The notes: generated by a model not told the origin, from the sequence alone. Shown: positions 38,972 to 50,586, counted from the whole stretch's first letter. The stretch: DNA of 63,017 nt, filler included, from Chiloscyllium plagiosum (GCF_004010195.1; 3 parts of 3 records of this genome joined end to end with filler, not necessarily neighbours in it); one strand, 5' to 3'. Made by a program: numbers and translations.

Positions 38972-39010
38972 CCCAGTGAGAGTTCCCAGTGCAGAGGGTG
39001 TACAAAAACC
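38972..39010 (-). promoter_or_regulatory. J 23-bp-spacer recombination signal sequence, heptamer mutated
   Basis: Plus strand reads CCCAGTG (38972-38978), 23-nt spacer, perfect ACAAAAACC (39002-39010). Confidence 0.9.
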
Positions 39011-39230
39011 TCTGCTCTCTGCTTCCCCATATCACTCTCAACCTCTCCCTATCTCGCAGTCTCTCGGTCACTCTCACCCTCTCCCTGTCTCTCTCTGTCT
39101 TTTACTGACTCTCACCTTCTCTCTGCCTTTCTCTGTCACTCATGCCTTTCTCTCTCTCTGTTTTTCTCATTCTGTTTCTCTCCCCCTCTCTCTCTCATTC
39201 TCTCTCTCTCTCTGTCTCTCTCTCTCTTGC
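39011..39230. repeat. CT-rich polypyrimidine tract between V and J; a similar tract lies at 40260-40835 upstream of the promoter
   Basis: Degenerate (CT)n. Confidence 0.8.
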
Positions 39231-39546
39231 AGTCTCGTTGCATTGTGTCCAGCTGTGCTCGGGCAATTTGTGAAGCTTATTTTTTGATGTTAAATCTTGC
39301 AGGTGCTCTTCCCATGTAGCCATGGAGGGTAAGGGGGAAACCTGAGGCCTTCAGTGAGCGGTGGACACCACAGGGACTGGAGTGTGTAGTGGACAGTGAC
39401 AATTCCAGCATAGGGTAACTTGTTCAGTTTCATTTATATGTAATTGTGGATGTGTCAGTATAGGAGGTGAGACTGTGTGTCCATTATTGCATATTTTAGG
39501 TAGCAGTGGGATGTGTCAGTACAGGCGGTGGGACTGTGTGTATTGA

Positions 39547-39574
39547 GGATTTTGTACAGCTGTATATCACTGTG
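39547..39574 (-). promoter_or_regulatory. V 12-bp-spacer recombination signal sequence
   Basis: Minus strand reads CACAGTG-ATATACAGCTGT-ACAAAATCC. Confidence 0.93.
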
Positions 39575-39872
39575 TAGGGGAGCTGTACTCGCGCTGACTA
39601 ATAATCAGCGACATCCTCATTCTGTATGTTGCTGATTGTCAGGGTGAAGTGTGTGCTGGACACTTCTCTCCCGGTGAATCTGTTGGAGACTCCTGTGTAT
39701 CGTGCTACTGCATTGTAGATCAGGAGAGAGGGTTTCTGTCCTTCTCGCTGCTGGTACCAGGAAGCATCGGTACTAGCGCTCTGACTGGATTTACAAGTGA
39801 TGGTTGCAGTCTGGCCCAGTCCCACTGACAGCACCGGGGGAGACTGGGTCATGATGATGTCCCCACTGATAC
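39575..39872 (-). pseudogene. IGKV: Ig kappa V exon with frameshift/stop at the conserved FR3 Cys
   Basis: Encodes [53 protein letters not shown]...[10 protein letters not shown] then TAG. Restoring CT in TA[CT]GT gives YYCQREYSSP. Confidence 0.93.
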
Positions 39873-40058
39873 CTGAGGGGTCAGAGAGAAACACAGTGAA
39901 GTCAGAACTGTCACAGAAAGAGCCTGTCAAATGAGAGATTGTTGGAGACACTGAGCATTCCTCTGGTTTCAGCATTTTTCCTTCAATCACAAGTCAGTGG
40001 AATTGGAGTGAAATGGAGAGCAGCTAAAGATTCAAGGTGGAAGGAGAGAGATTTGTAC

Positions 40059-40107
40059 CTGCGACACAGAATGCCAGGGGTCAGATCAGCTGGATGTGTG
40101 AAATCAT
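40059..40107 (-). pseudogene. Kappa leader exon with premature stop
   Basis: MISHIQLI*PLAFCVA, then G|gtacaa; TGA at 40083-40081 where TGG (Trp) would restore a signal peptide. Confidence 0.9.
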
Positions 40108-40165
40108 GGTGTGTGCTCCTGTCCCTGTGCCTGGTTCCTGATAAACTCTCCCTTCACTGGGCTCT

Positions 40166-40247
40166 GCTTTATAAAGCTACAGCCTATGAGAGTCTGACTG
40201 GGTGTTCCTCAGTATGTAAATGGCATCAGGCAGAGAGAGCCACGTCA
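40166..40247 (-). promoter_or_regulatory. Kappa V promoter: TATA, variant octamer, CRE-like site
   Basis: TTTATAAA within palindrome GCTTTATAAAGC (40166-40177); minus-strand ATTTACAT at 40214-40221 (consensus ATTTGCAT); TGACGTG at 40241-40247. Confidence 0.7.
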
Positions 40248-40731
40248 GCCCCTCACACTTCCTCTTCTCTCTCGCTCTCTTCCTCATTCTTCCTTTTCGT
40301 ACTTCCTCGCTCCCTATTCCTTTTTTCTCGTTCTCATCTTTCTCTTGTATATATATCCCTATCATTCACTTGCTATTTTCATTTCTGACTCTGTGCATTC
40401 CCAATTATATCAGCACTTATATCTTTCTCTTTTTCCATGTAATTTTGACACCTGTTTATCTCCCTTTCCTTCTGTGTTGATTGGTCTCTCTCTCTCTCTC
40501 TTATCACCCATTCCTCTCCTTCACTTATCTTTCTACCTGTTTTCTCACTTGCTCTCTCCTTGTCCCCTCAATCTCTCATTGCCTCACTCTGTTTTTGTCT
40601 CTGTCCCTCCCTCCAGTCACTCTCTAACTGATCTCTATAGCAGGCGTTATTCCAGGACACTGGAACATTGGGTCCTGGGGCAGCAGTTAAATGCCTCATC
40701 CTTTGCCACCCAATCTTACAATGTGCACTTG

Positions 40732-40768
<37 letters not shown>

Positions 40769-40985
40769 TCACTATCTCTCTCCCTCTCTCTCTCTTTCTT
40801 TCTGTCTCTCGGTCTCCTGTCTCTCTCTTTCTCTCCATCAGAAGCTCAATGCCCTGAACAGCATTTAACACGTCTGTACTCAGGACATCAATGATCTGAC
40901 AACACTAATCTCAGCTTGGCAGTGAGGGAGAGGGTCAGCTATGATCATATTGAATGGCACAGCAGCCTCACAGGGTCAAGGACAA

Positions 40986-41166
40986 ACCGAACCATAACCC
41001 TAACCGCAACCCTTATCCTAACCCTAACCATAACCCTAACCCCAACCCTTCCCTTAACCCTAACCCTAACGGTAACCCTAACGCGAACTCTAGCCCTATC
41101 TCTAACCCTAACCCTTATCCTAACCCTAACCCTTATCCTAACCCTAACCCTAACCCTAACCCTAAC
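40986..41166. repeat. Degenerate interstitial telomere-like repeat (CCCTAA)n
   Basis: About 30 hexamers, many perfect CCCTAA/TAACCC. Confidence 0.9.
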
Positions 41167-41345
41167 ACTACTCCGACTCCCTGTTTCTACCTTTGTATGT
41201 CAGTTATCTTCAATATCTGCCTCTGGGTATTGATTCCTCTGCTCATGGAAAAATTGACTTCCTGTCCACTCTATCTCTGCCCCACATAATCTTATAGCCC
41301 TTTATCAGGTTCCCTCTCAACCTTCACTGCTCCAAGAGAAACAAT

Positions 41346-41678
41346 TGTGGGCGGCACGGTGGTACAGTGGTTAGCACTGCTGCCTCGCAGCGCCAGAGAC
41401 CCGGGTTCAATTCCCGACTCAGGCGACTGACTGTGTGGAGTTTGCACGTTCTCCCCGTGTCTGCGTGGGTTTCCTCCGGGGGCTCCGGTTTCCTCCCACA
41501 GTCCAAAGATGTGCAAGTCAGGTGAATTGGCCATGCTAAATTGCCCGTAGTGTTAGGTAAAGGGGTAAATGTAGGGGTATGGGTGGTTTACGCTTCGGCT
41601 GGTCGGTGTGGACTTGTTGGGCCGAAGGGCCTGTTTCCACACTGTAAGTAATCTAATCTAATCTAATCTAATCTAATC
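41346..41678 (+). mobile_element. HE1 (V-SINE) full-length, young copy
   Basis: Pol III A box TGGTACAGTGG, B box GGTTCAATTCC, V-domain, CR1-like tail and (AATCT)n end; CpGs retained. Confidence 0.93.
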
Positions 41679-42145
41679 CCAGCCTTTCCAATCCTTCCTC
41701 ATAGCTCAGACCCTCCAGGCCAGGCAGCATCCCGGGAAATCTGCTCTGAATCCTCTCGAGTACAGTCATATCCCTCTCATAATGTGGTGACCAGAACCTG
41801 TTTGTCTGTCTGTCTATCTGTCTCTCTCACACTAGATTCCCTCTTTCCCAGAATGTCCCAGGTGACAACAGATAAATACAGGGTAAATCTCCTTCTGCTC
41901 TGCCCCACTAATGGATGATAACTCGACCCCAGAAACATATCTTCTTCTGGATTAAGGCCCCATTTCTCACATTGACCAGGGTTTGGTGTCTCTCAGGAAG
42001 ATGGACAGATTCTTGTTAAATGAAGGGCAGTTCTGTGCTGTTGGCCTATTCTCACTGGGGACTGGTTTGGACACAAACCTCATTCTATGAAGGCCCAGCA
42101 GAGAGAGGAGATCCTCAGGCCATCAGTGTGAGCTGGAGGGACAGG

Positions 42146-42586
42146 NNNNNNNNNNNNNNNNNNNNNNNNNNNNNNNNNNNNNNNNNNNNNNNNNNNNNNN
42201 NNNNNNNNNNNNNNNNNNNNNNNNNNNNNNNNNNNNNNNNNNNNNNNNNNNNNNNNNNNNNNNNNNNNNNNNNNNNNNNNNNNNNNNNNNNNNNNNNNNN
42301 NNNNNNNNNNNNNNNNNNNNNNNNNNNNNNNNNNNNNNNNNNNNNNNNNNNNNNNNNNNNNNNNNNNNNNNNNNNNNNNNNNNNNNNNNNNNNNNNNNNN
42401 NNNNNNNNNNNNNNNNNNNNNNNNNNNNNNNNNNNNNNNNNNNNNNNNNNNNNNNNNNNNNNNNNNNNNNNNNNNNNNNNNNNNNNNNNNNNNNNNNNNN
42501 NNNNNNNNNNNNNNNNNNNNNNNNNNNNNNNNNNNNNNNNNNNNNNNNNNNNNNNNNNNNNNNNNNNNNNNNNNNNNNNNNNNNNN
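42146..42586. other. Assembly gap
   Basis: Run of N. Confidence 0.98.
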
Positions 42587-42679
42587 TTGAATCTGTTGAT
42601 TGATTCTGCCTTCACTGCACTCTGGGGCAGTGGCTTCCACAGATTCTCAACTCTCTGAGAGAAATAGTAAGAATGGAAT

Positions 42680-43390
42680 TGAATCCCTACAGTATGGAAA
42701 CAGGCCATTCAGCCCAACAAGTCCACATTGACCCTTCAAAGAGCATTCGACCTAGACCCATCCCACTACACTTTCCCTGTATCCCTACATTACCCATGAC
42801 TAATGAACCTAACCTACATTTTCCTGGACACTATAGGAGGATTAGCCATGCTAATTTACCAATTGTGTGCACCATTAGATTGTGGGAGAAAAGCAGACCA
42901 CTCAGATGAAACCCACACCGACAGGGGGAGAATGCGCAAACTCCATACAGTTGCCTGAGGGTGGTATCGAACCCAGGTCCCTGGCACTGTGAGTTAGCAG
43001 TACTCACCACTGTGCCACCATGCCACCTATAGTTTCTCCTCATCCAAGTTTTGAAACTACCTCCTCTCACTCTATATCTACGATCTATCATTCGAGACTG
43101 GTCCACAAGAGGGAACATCTGTTCCATGCTTGCCTTATCAATCCCCTTTAGCATCTTATATACTTCACCCAGATTCCCCCTCATGCGACTGAATTCCAGT
43201 GAGTACATGCCCAAGCTATTCAACTGTTCCTGTACGACAGCCCTTTCATCCCGGGAATCAGTCTGGTGAACATGGTCTGAACTGCATCCAGTGCCACCAT
43301 ATCCTTCATCAAGTAAGGAAACCAAAACTGGACACAATACTTCAGATGTGGTCTCACCAATGCCTCACAGAATTGTAACAATATTTCTTT
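42680..43390 (-). mobile_element. HE1-like SINE (42680-43027) adjoining a CR1 3' fragment
   Basis: Reverse SINE head at about 43020; minus ORFs LVRPHLKYCVQFW and LGMYSLEFSRMRGNLGEVYKMLKG. Confidence 0.82.
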
Positions 43391-44224
43391 ATGTCTGTCA
43401 GATCGCAAAGTTGAAACTACATAAATAGAGGAAGTGAAAGAAAGAGTTCGGAGCAGCGGGATGTTTGTTACTGAGAGGGGAGAAACTGAACCATCTGCAC
43501 TCCCTGGAATCTGACAGCACAGATTTTTGGGATTCTGGTTCTGGGATTTTTTTTGCAGAAACAGCACAGTGATGGAAAAAGTCAGTCTTTCACAAACACA
43601 CACGCCTGCACTCGGAGATCAGAAACAGAATCCAGCAGCAGCTCTGTCTCCAAGCCGTGAAACCTGCACAGAATTGTTCCCTCATTCAGTTTGGCAGGAT
43701 AGACCAAGCAGGGGAGGCAACACAGTGGTGTGTACAGTCGGAAGGGAGTTGCCCTGGGAGACCTCACCATTAACTATGGAACCCGTGAAGCCTCATGACA
43801 GCAGGTCAAACATGGGGAAGGAAACCTCCTGCTGATTACCACATAGCACCGCCCTCCCCTCCAATCTCAACTGAGCAGTTAGTCCCCGTCCATGTTGAAC
43901 AACACTTGGAGGGAGCACTGAGGGTGGGAAGGATGCAGGATATACCCTGAGTAAGGAACTTCAAAGTCCACCATCAAGAGCCTCTCAGAAGCATCACTAC
44001 TGAGTAAGTTGGTCAAGTTCCACCTGATTCAGCTGCTAGACTGGACCTGTGGCGGGTGGTGAGTGAACTAACTAGAGGGAAAAACATACTCACTATCACT
44101 CTCCCCAATCTGCCTGCTGCTGGTGTATCTGTCCATGACAGTATCAGTAAGAGTGACCACCGCACAGTCCATGTGGAGACAAAATCCCATCTTCACATTA
44201 AGATTACCTTACATTTTGTTGGGC

Positions 44225-45291
44225 AAGAGATATGGCCAACAAGAGGTGAGGCCATACTGGATTTGGTTCTGGGTAACGAACCAGGCCAGGTGTTAGAATT
44301 AGAGGTAGGTGAGCACTTTGGGGATAGTGACCATAATTCGGTGATTTTTACTCTCGTGATGGAGAGGGATAAGTGTGTACTACAGGGCAAGAGTTATAGC
44401 TGGGGTCAGGGAAATTATGATGCGGTGAGGCATGACTTAGGATGTGTGGCTTGGAAAAGTAGACTCCAAGGCAAGAGTGTAAATGATATGTGGAGCTTGT
44501 TCAAGGAGCAACTATTGAGTGTCCTTGATAATTATGTACCTGTCAGGCAGGGAGGAAAGGGTCGTGCGAGGGAGCCGTGGTTTAATAAGGAATTGGAATC
44601 CCTTGTTAAATGGAAGAGGGCGGCCTATCTCAAGATGAGACGTGAAGGTTCAATTGGGACGATTGAGAGTTATAGGGTAGCCAGGAAGGACCTGAAGAGA
44701 GAGCTAAGAGCAGCAAGGAGGGGACATGAAAGGTCCTTAGTCGATAGGATTAGGGAAAACCCTAAGGCTTTCTATAGGTATGACTTGGGTAGGAATAGGT
44801 CCAGTCAAGGATAGTAGGGGGAAGTTGCGTGTGGAGGCGGAAGAGATTGGGGAGACACTGAATGAATACTTTTCTTCAGTATTCACACAGGAACAGGGCA
44901 TTGTTGTCGATGAGAATACTGAGGCACAAATAAGTAGAATGGATGGCTTTGAGGTATGTACAGAAGAGGTGTTGGAAATCCTGGAAAACGTGAAAATAGA
45001 TAAGTCCCCTGGGCCTGATGGCATTTATCCTAGGATTCTCTGGGAAGCAAGGGAGGAGATTGCAGAGCCATTGGCCTTGATTTTTATGTCCTCTTTGTCT
45101 ACAGGAGTAGTCCCAGAAGACTGGAGGATAGCAAATGTGGTACCCTTGTTCAAAAAGGGGAGTAGGGATAACCCTAGTAACTATAGGCCAGTGAGTCTCA
45201 CTTCTGTTGTGGGCAAAGTCTTAGAGAATTGTAAGGGATAGGATTTATGCACATCTAGATAGGAATAATGTGATCAAGGATAGTCAGCAGG
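44225..45291 (+). mobile_element. CR1 LINE ORF2 fragment (endonuclease end to RT start), cut by the spacer
   Basis: PTRGEAILDLVLGNEPG...SDH...PWFNK...NPKAFYRY; KSPGPDGIYPRIL...ANVVPLFKKG...NYRPVSLTSVVGKVLE. Confidence 0.93.
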
Positions 45292-45391
45292 NNNNNNNNN
45301 NNNNNNNNNNNNNNNNNNNNNNNNNNNNNNNNNNNTTAATTAATTAANNNNNNNNNNNNNNNNNNNNNNNNNNNNNNNNNNNNNNNNNNNN
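45292..45391. other. Synthetic scaffold-joining spacer
   Basis: 44 N + TTAATTAATTAA + 44 N. Confidence 0.97.
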
Positions 45392-45867
45392 CCCATTGCC
45401 ACACGCGTGCACACATACACATTTGTACTTGCAGAATTACATTGTAGTTTGCTCAAAAACTGCATGCATCCGTGTAAGAGTCTGTAAATCCATTTTTTAG
45501 GTTAGACTCAGTCTGACCATTGTGGCACAGACAGTCTCACACAGGGCAGCTTACACCTTAAATGTATGATCTGGGCCGACATGACACCAACTGTTAAAGT
45601 TTACTTGGGAATGTAACTTTTAAATGTTCTGTTATTATGAAAGAACTGAAACTAACCTGTTCATTCTGAAAGATGAGAGACTTAACAAACAGGTCTTTTT
45701 CATCATATAATTTCAGTTGCATCAGACTGTAAACTTTTGCTATAAATTATTGGTCTTACGATCTTATACTCCTGATGAAGGAGCAGTGCTCCGAAAGCTT
45801 GTGCTTCCAAATACAGGGTAAACCTGTTGGACTATAACCTGGTAGTGTGTGATTTTTAACTTTGTCC
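45392..45867 (+). mobile_element. Penelope-like element 3' UTR/terminal repeat
   Basis: Homologous to 46829-47280 (reverse); CTGATGA-A-GGAGC-AGT-GCTCC-GAAA-GCTT at 45772-45800. Confidence 0.8.
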
Positions 45868-46828
45868 ATTCCCCGATTATAGTAACACCTGAACATTTGC
45901 AGCCTTAAACAAGAAATACTTCATTACTTTGCAAGTAATCAATTGCTTTGATTTTAAGTTTTCCTTAAAACTGGTTGCTGGTTATCCTGAATATTCATTG
46001 TTGATGGGTTTTTTTAAACTATCTATTTCTCAGCCTCCATTTCTCCTCCTACCCATTGCAGTTTCCTTCTTCCTCCCATGTGCCTCTCCTTCTCCTACTA
46101 ATTGTAGCCTTCCCCTACTTTTGTTGCCACTTCCACCTCTTTTCCATTCCCCTTCCTGTATCCCTGTCTCCTCCTCCCTTGCAGCATGTATTTTGCCCTC
46201 TTCTAGCTTCCTCGCCCACTTTCAGTCTCCCACCAGTCTCTCGCAGACTCTTTCCTCATCCCTCACCAACACCACTAAAGTGTGATCAAACATTTCTCAC
46301 TTGCTGAGATGAGTCCAACACCAGTAACACTTAAGACTTAACAACTACCTGGAGGATAACCCAATCGATTGACATCTCATTCACTGTTTTAATAGTTAAC
46401 TTCAACTAGCATTGGTGTGCTGTGACTGCATTACGTGCACTCAACAAGATGCACTACAGAAGCTTATCAGAGCTTCTTCAAAAAACTGGAAAAACAAAGG
46501 CAACAAGTACATAGAGACACCATCTGTTCTCTTGAAAATCCTACACCATCGAAATTTGAAATAAATTGGCATTCCCAGGTTGTTTGGTCATAATACTGGC
46601 ACATCCTGCTTAAAACCACTGTTTAGGTACCTATACTGTACTGGCTAAAGAAGATGGCTCACTGCCACCACCTCGAGGACTCTTTGGGATGGGACAGTAT
46701 AACATGAAAGGAATAAAGAAATGATAAAAACCAAGAAAAAAACCTGGGAAGGAACTTTCATTCCATGGGTGCATAGTTCAGTGGACAGGAGAGGGACCTC
46801 GAGCCCAGCTGGTCAACACAACAAGAAA

Positions 46829-47875
46829 TTAAACATCTCACAACACCAGGTTTAGTCCAACAGGTTTAATTGGAAACACACTAGCTTTCGGAACGTCGCT
46901 CCTTCATCAGGTGGTAGTGGAGGGCTCAATCCTAACACGCAATTTATAGCAAAAATGTACAGTGTGATGTAACTGAAATTATACATTGAAAAATTGATTG
47001 TCTGTTAAGCCTTTCATCTGTTAGAATACTGTGATAGTTTCACTTCTTTCATGTGTAAATCACAAAACCTTTTTTTAAAAAGTTGCATTCTCAGGTTAGC
47101 TGTTAACAATAGTGATAGCCAGACAATATGTTGAAGGTGTTGGCCCCCTGTTATCTCTGTCTATGCCATGATGTTTAGATTGATTCTAATCTAAAAAGTG
47201 AGATAACGGAGTTTTACATGAATGGATGCAGTTTTTGAGTAAAGTACAATGTAACTCTGCAAGTACAAATTCACCCCACAAAATATGTGTGCATGTGGGT
47301 CTTTGTCTGTGTGTCTGTCTGGGTTGAGAGTGTGAGGAAGTGTATGTATGTGTGTGTAGTGAGTGCAGAGTGTCTTAAGTCTGTGAGGGGGTGCATGTGT
47401 GAATGTGGGAGTGTGTGTCTGTCTGTAAGGGTCTATGTGGGTGTCTGTGTGCGCGTCTGTGTATATGTGTGTGTGTGTGGATAGTGCAATGGTGGTCACC
47501 AGTAATTTGACATTTACCCAAGGTCCCGGTTGAGGCCCTCCCTATGGTTACCAAACTTAGCTATCAGCCTCTGTTCGGCCACTTTTCGCTGTTGCCTGTC
47601 CCGAAGTCCACCTTGGAGGATGGTCACCCGAAGGTCTGAGGTCGAATGTCCTGGACCACTGAAATGTTCCCCAACTGGGACGGAACACTCCTGTCTGTTG
47701 ATTGTTGTGCGGTGCCCATTCATCTGTTGTCGTAGCCTTTGCTCGGTTTCCCCAATGTACCATGCCTCCGGGCATCCTTGTCTGCAACGTATAAGGTAGA
47801 CAACGTTGGCTGAGTCACATGAGTACCTGTCATATACAAGTTGGGAGGTGTCACCACGTGTAATGGTGGTATCTT
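46829..47875 (-). mobile_element. Penelope-like retroelement 3' fragment with GIY-YIG endonuclease and CA-rich 3' UTR
   Basis: Minus frame YSCDSANVVYLIRCRQGCPEAWYIGETEQRLRQQMNGHR...VGEHF...GH...AEQRLIAKF...GLN is a Penelope-type GIY-YIG domain. Confidence 0.92.
46879..46913 (-). ncRNA. Minimal type I hammerhead ribozyme motif of the Penelope element
   Basis: CAC-CUGAUGA-A-GGAGC-GAC-GUUCC-GAAA-GC-UA-GUG: 3-bp stem I, 5-bp stem II, palindromic AGCU in place of stem III. Confidence 0.7.
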
Positions 47876-50586
47876 ATAGCTGTGGTCCACGACTGAATTT
47901 AACAGCTGCTGGCAGTTTCCCAGGGTATGTGAATTGAAATGAGTGCCTCTGACTGCAGCATTTAAGTGCCCCACTCCATTGTAGTTCCTCAACTAAACTC
48001 TCTCTCCCTTCTTCTGATCACAGCCACTTCTTGTTGTGTTGACCAGCTGGGCTCAAGGTCCCTCTACTGTCCACTAAGCTATGAAGCATGGAATGAAAGT
48101 TCCTTCCCATTTCCTGGATTTAGATGTTTGCTTCTCTCTCTCTCTAACCTTTTTTTCTTGGTTTTTATAATTTCTTTATTCCTTTCGTGTCATGGGGTGT
48201 TTTGTGATGTGGGAAGAAGTATTGATTTGCAGTGATATTTTTGCCTGTACACTTTTAACATTGAAATTGTATTTACTTCTCAGTCACTCTCATAGCTGGA
48301 CCTTACAAATCTAATATCAGTCAAGATTTGAGGAAGGTTTTTTATGTACATAATATTTGCACGTAAAATTTGTTGACAATGAATTTGTGATGTTTCATTA
48401 TTCTAAGTGGGGATGTGTGCTGAAGTGATGTATTGTGCACTTGTTCCTTTTCAATGTGCACATCTGAAAAATGTTTGCTGGTTAAAGGCCCTGCCAATAT
48501 TGGCTTGACTATCTAGTGACCCTCCCAACTAGTCCCAGTGGGATATCTGTTCCTTTTGAGCAGAGTAGGTTTAAAGCAATCTTTTTAATCTTTCTTTTTG
48601 CTCTTTGAATAAGGGAGAGTTGCTTTTTAAAATGTTGTTCACAGTCACTTGTCAAATTCTATTACCGCCAATAAAACAGTTTTGAAATGTGATTGCTGAT
48701 AATGTAGGAAACGTGACAGCCAATTGCCATAGTGATCTGCTGCAAACAGTAATATAATAAGGAACAGCATTTTTTTGTGATGTCATTCATTCAAGGATAC
48801 ATATTAACCAGGGTACTGTAGACAGCTTCCTGTTCTTCATTTAAAATAGCACCAAGTGATCTTTTACACCTACTTGAGAGGGCAGGCAGGATCTTGGTTG
48901 AACATTTTACTGGAAGACAACAGCTGCAAATTTGCAGCCCTCCCTCTGTGTTGCATTGGAGTGTTAACATCAAATCCTAGAGTGCAACTTCCCCACTTAG
49001 GTTGCTGTAGTCCTTTGTGTCTATGTCGACATGACCTAACTCAAGCTCATCATTGAAATGCAATATGGAAGCGTTTAAGGTTGTATTTTTCTGCAGCTGT
49101 TCATCATGTCTCCTTGATGAAATTCCCCTTTACTTTGCTAGTTTGGGGATCACCAACTTTTAGCTGTGGTTTATGACACCGGGAATATGCATGAAAGTTT
49201 TAAAACATAACTGATAATTCAATGACAACATGTGCACTTAGCTTTCTTGAGGAGAGCAACCATTCCACCCTCGGGAAGTGGGTTAGTCACTAATATATCT
49301 TAGTATGACTCAGTTGAAAAAAAAATTACATTTAAATTTCTGCAGGCCAGGTTTCCCAGGCCTTGGAAAATGACAGATGATAAAATGTTACAATGTGTGG
49401 ATCAGAAGGAATATAAGAGTTTCCCTATACTGACCTAATAAGTTTCCCTTTTTAACTCTGTGGGGTTTCCCCCACTCCAAAACAGCTAATCCCAGTACTA
49501 ATCATGTTTGCAGCCCCCATTTGATGTTTATGTTCCCCACTACTCATGTGATATTATCAGTCGTACCTGTCATCCACTCATTGGTTGCCAGTTTGGCTTG
49601 TTTTTGAGTGGCAAACCCTAGTGAGTTAATTTAAAACAGGTCCTGCAACTCAATTTGGCAGGACTTTTGGGAAACCCTTACTGAACCTTGAGGGGCCTGT
49701 AAACGTAAACAAGAAATTTAGGTAAAGTTGTCTGTGTATTTTGCTGGATTTCTGTAAAGAAGTTTAAAATTGTTATATCAAATTAGCTGATTAATCTGCC
49801 TCTCCTATCTTTCTCTGGCTGAGAGTCCTACAAAGCTGGAACATAATTCTACAAAATCAGCACATGGTTATTCACTGCCATCTCTTGAGTATCCGATGTC
49901 AGGTGATTTATGAGTACCTTCAAACCATCCTAGAAGTCAAACCGAAACATCTGCTATCTGCGAGAGGACAACACTTCTCTGCTGAACTGAAATCATTTAG
50001 GGACAGGACAAAGAGCATAGATTTTTATGTGGAACAATAAGTTCTCTTGGGCAACAGAAATAAGGATGTAAAGGCTTATTTGGTGTGTTCCTTTTCTGCC
50101 TATCCCTGGACATTTCTTACTGTGCAGGGTGCTGCTTCATGTCCCAGATGTTTAGTTGTGAGCCATCTTTCAGTGCTTTGTACGGTATGAGAAAATAAAG
50201 TGCATTACCAGTCTAGCCACCCGACTTGTGAAAATTACAGGTATGAAATTTCAGCCTGGTCATTTTGTTGTAAGTATGGCTGTGCCAGTTTTTGAATGTA
50301 GACAAGTTTATTATAGTTGCAATCATGCTTAAAATCTCATAATTTGTTTCTTTAAGGATACTGCACTAAAATTTAATTTTTTGGACGCACATTAATGTTT
50401 ATTTAATTTCTCAGTATAGATTAAGTTAATATTTAAATCAATTTCCTATGTAAAAGTATTGCTTCTATTTTTGATGACCATAACTTATTTTATACAATAA
50501 TAAAGTATGCTCAGTATACTGCAAGTTGTAATCTGATTATAGGCCCTCCAGGCTTAAATCTATAATTAGAATAATTCTTGGCATAC

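Larger units (their letters stand above)
32610..40107 (-). pseudogene. IGK: Unrearranged kappa (type III, NS4-like) Ig light-chain cluster L-V-J-C, pseudogene
   Basis: Leader, V with 12-RSS, J with 23-RSS and C are all on the - strand. TGA in the leader, TAG/frameshift at the V YYC motif, J heptamer CCCAGTG. Confidence 0.92.

Noticed and set aside
40916-41289. LT-repeat and PN-repeat ORFs
   Set aside because: Translations of the telomere-like hexamer repeat.
41349-41420. tRNA gene
   Set aside because: The A/B boxes belong to the tRNA-derived head of an HE1 SINE.
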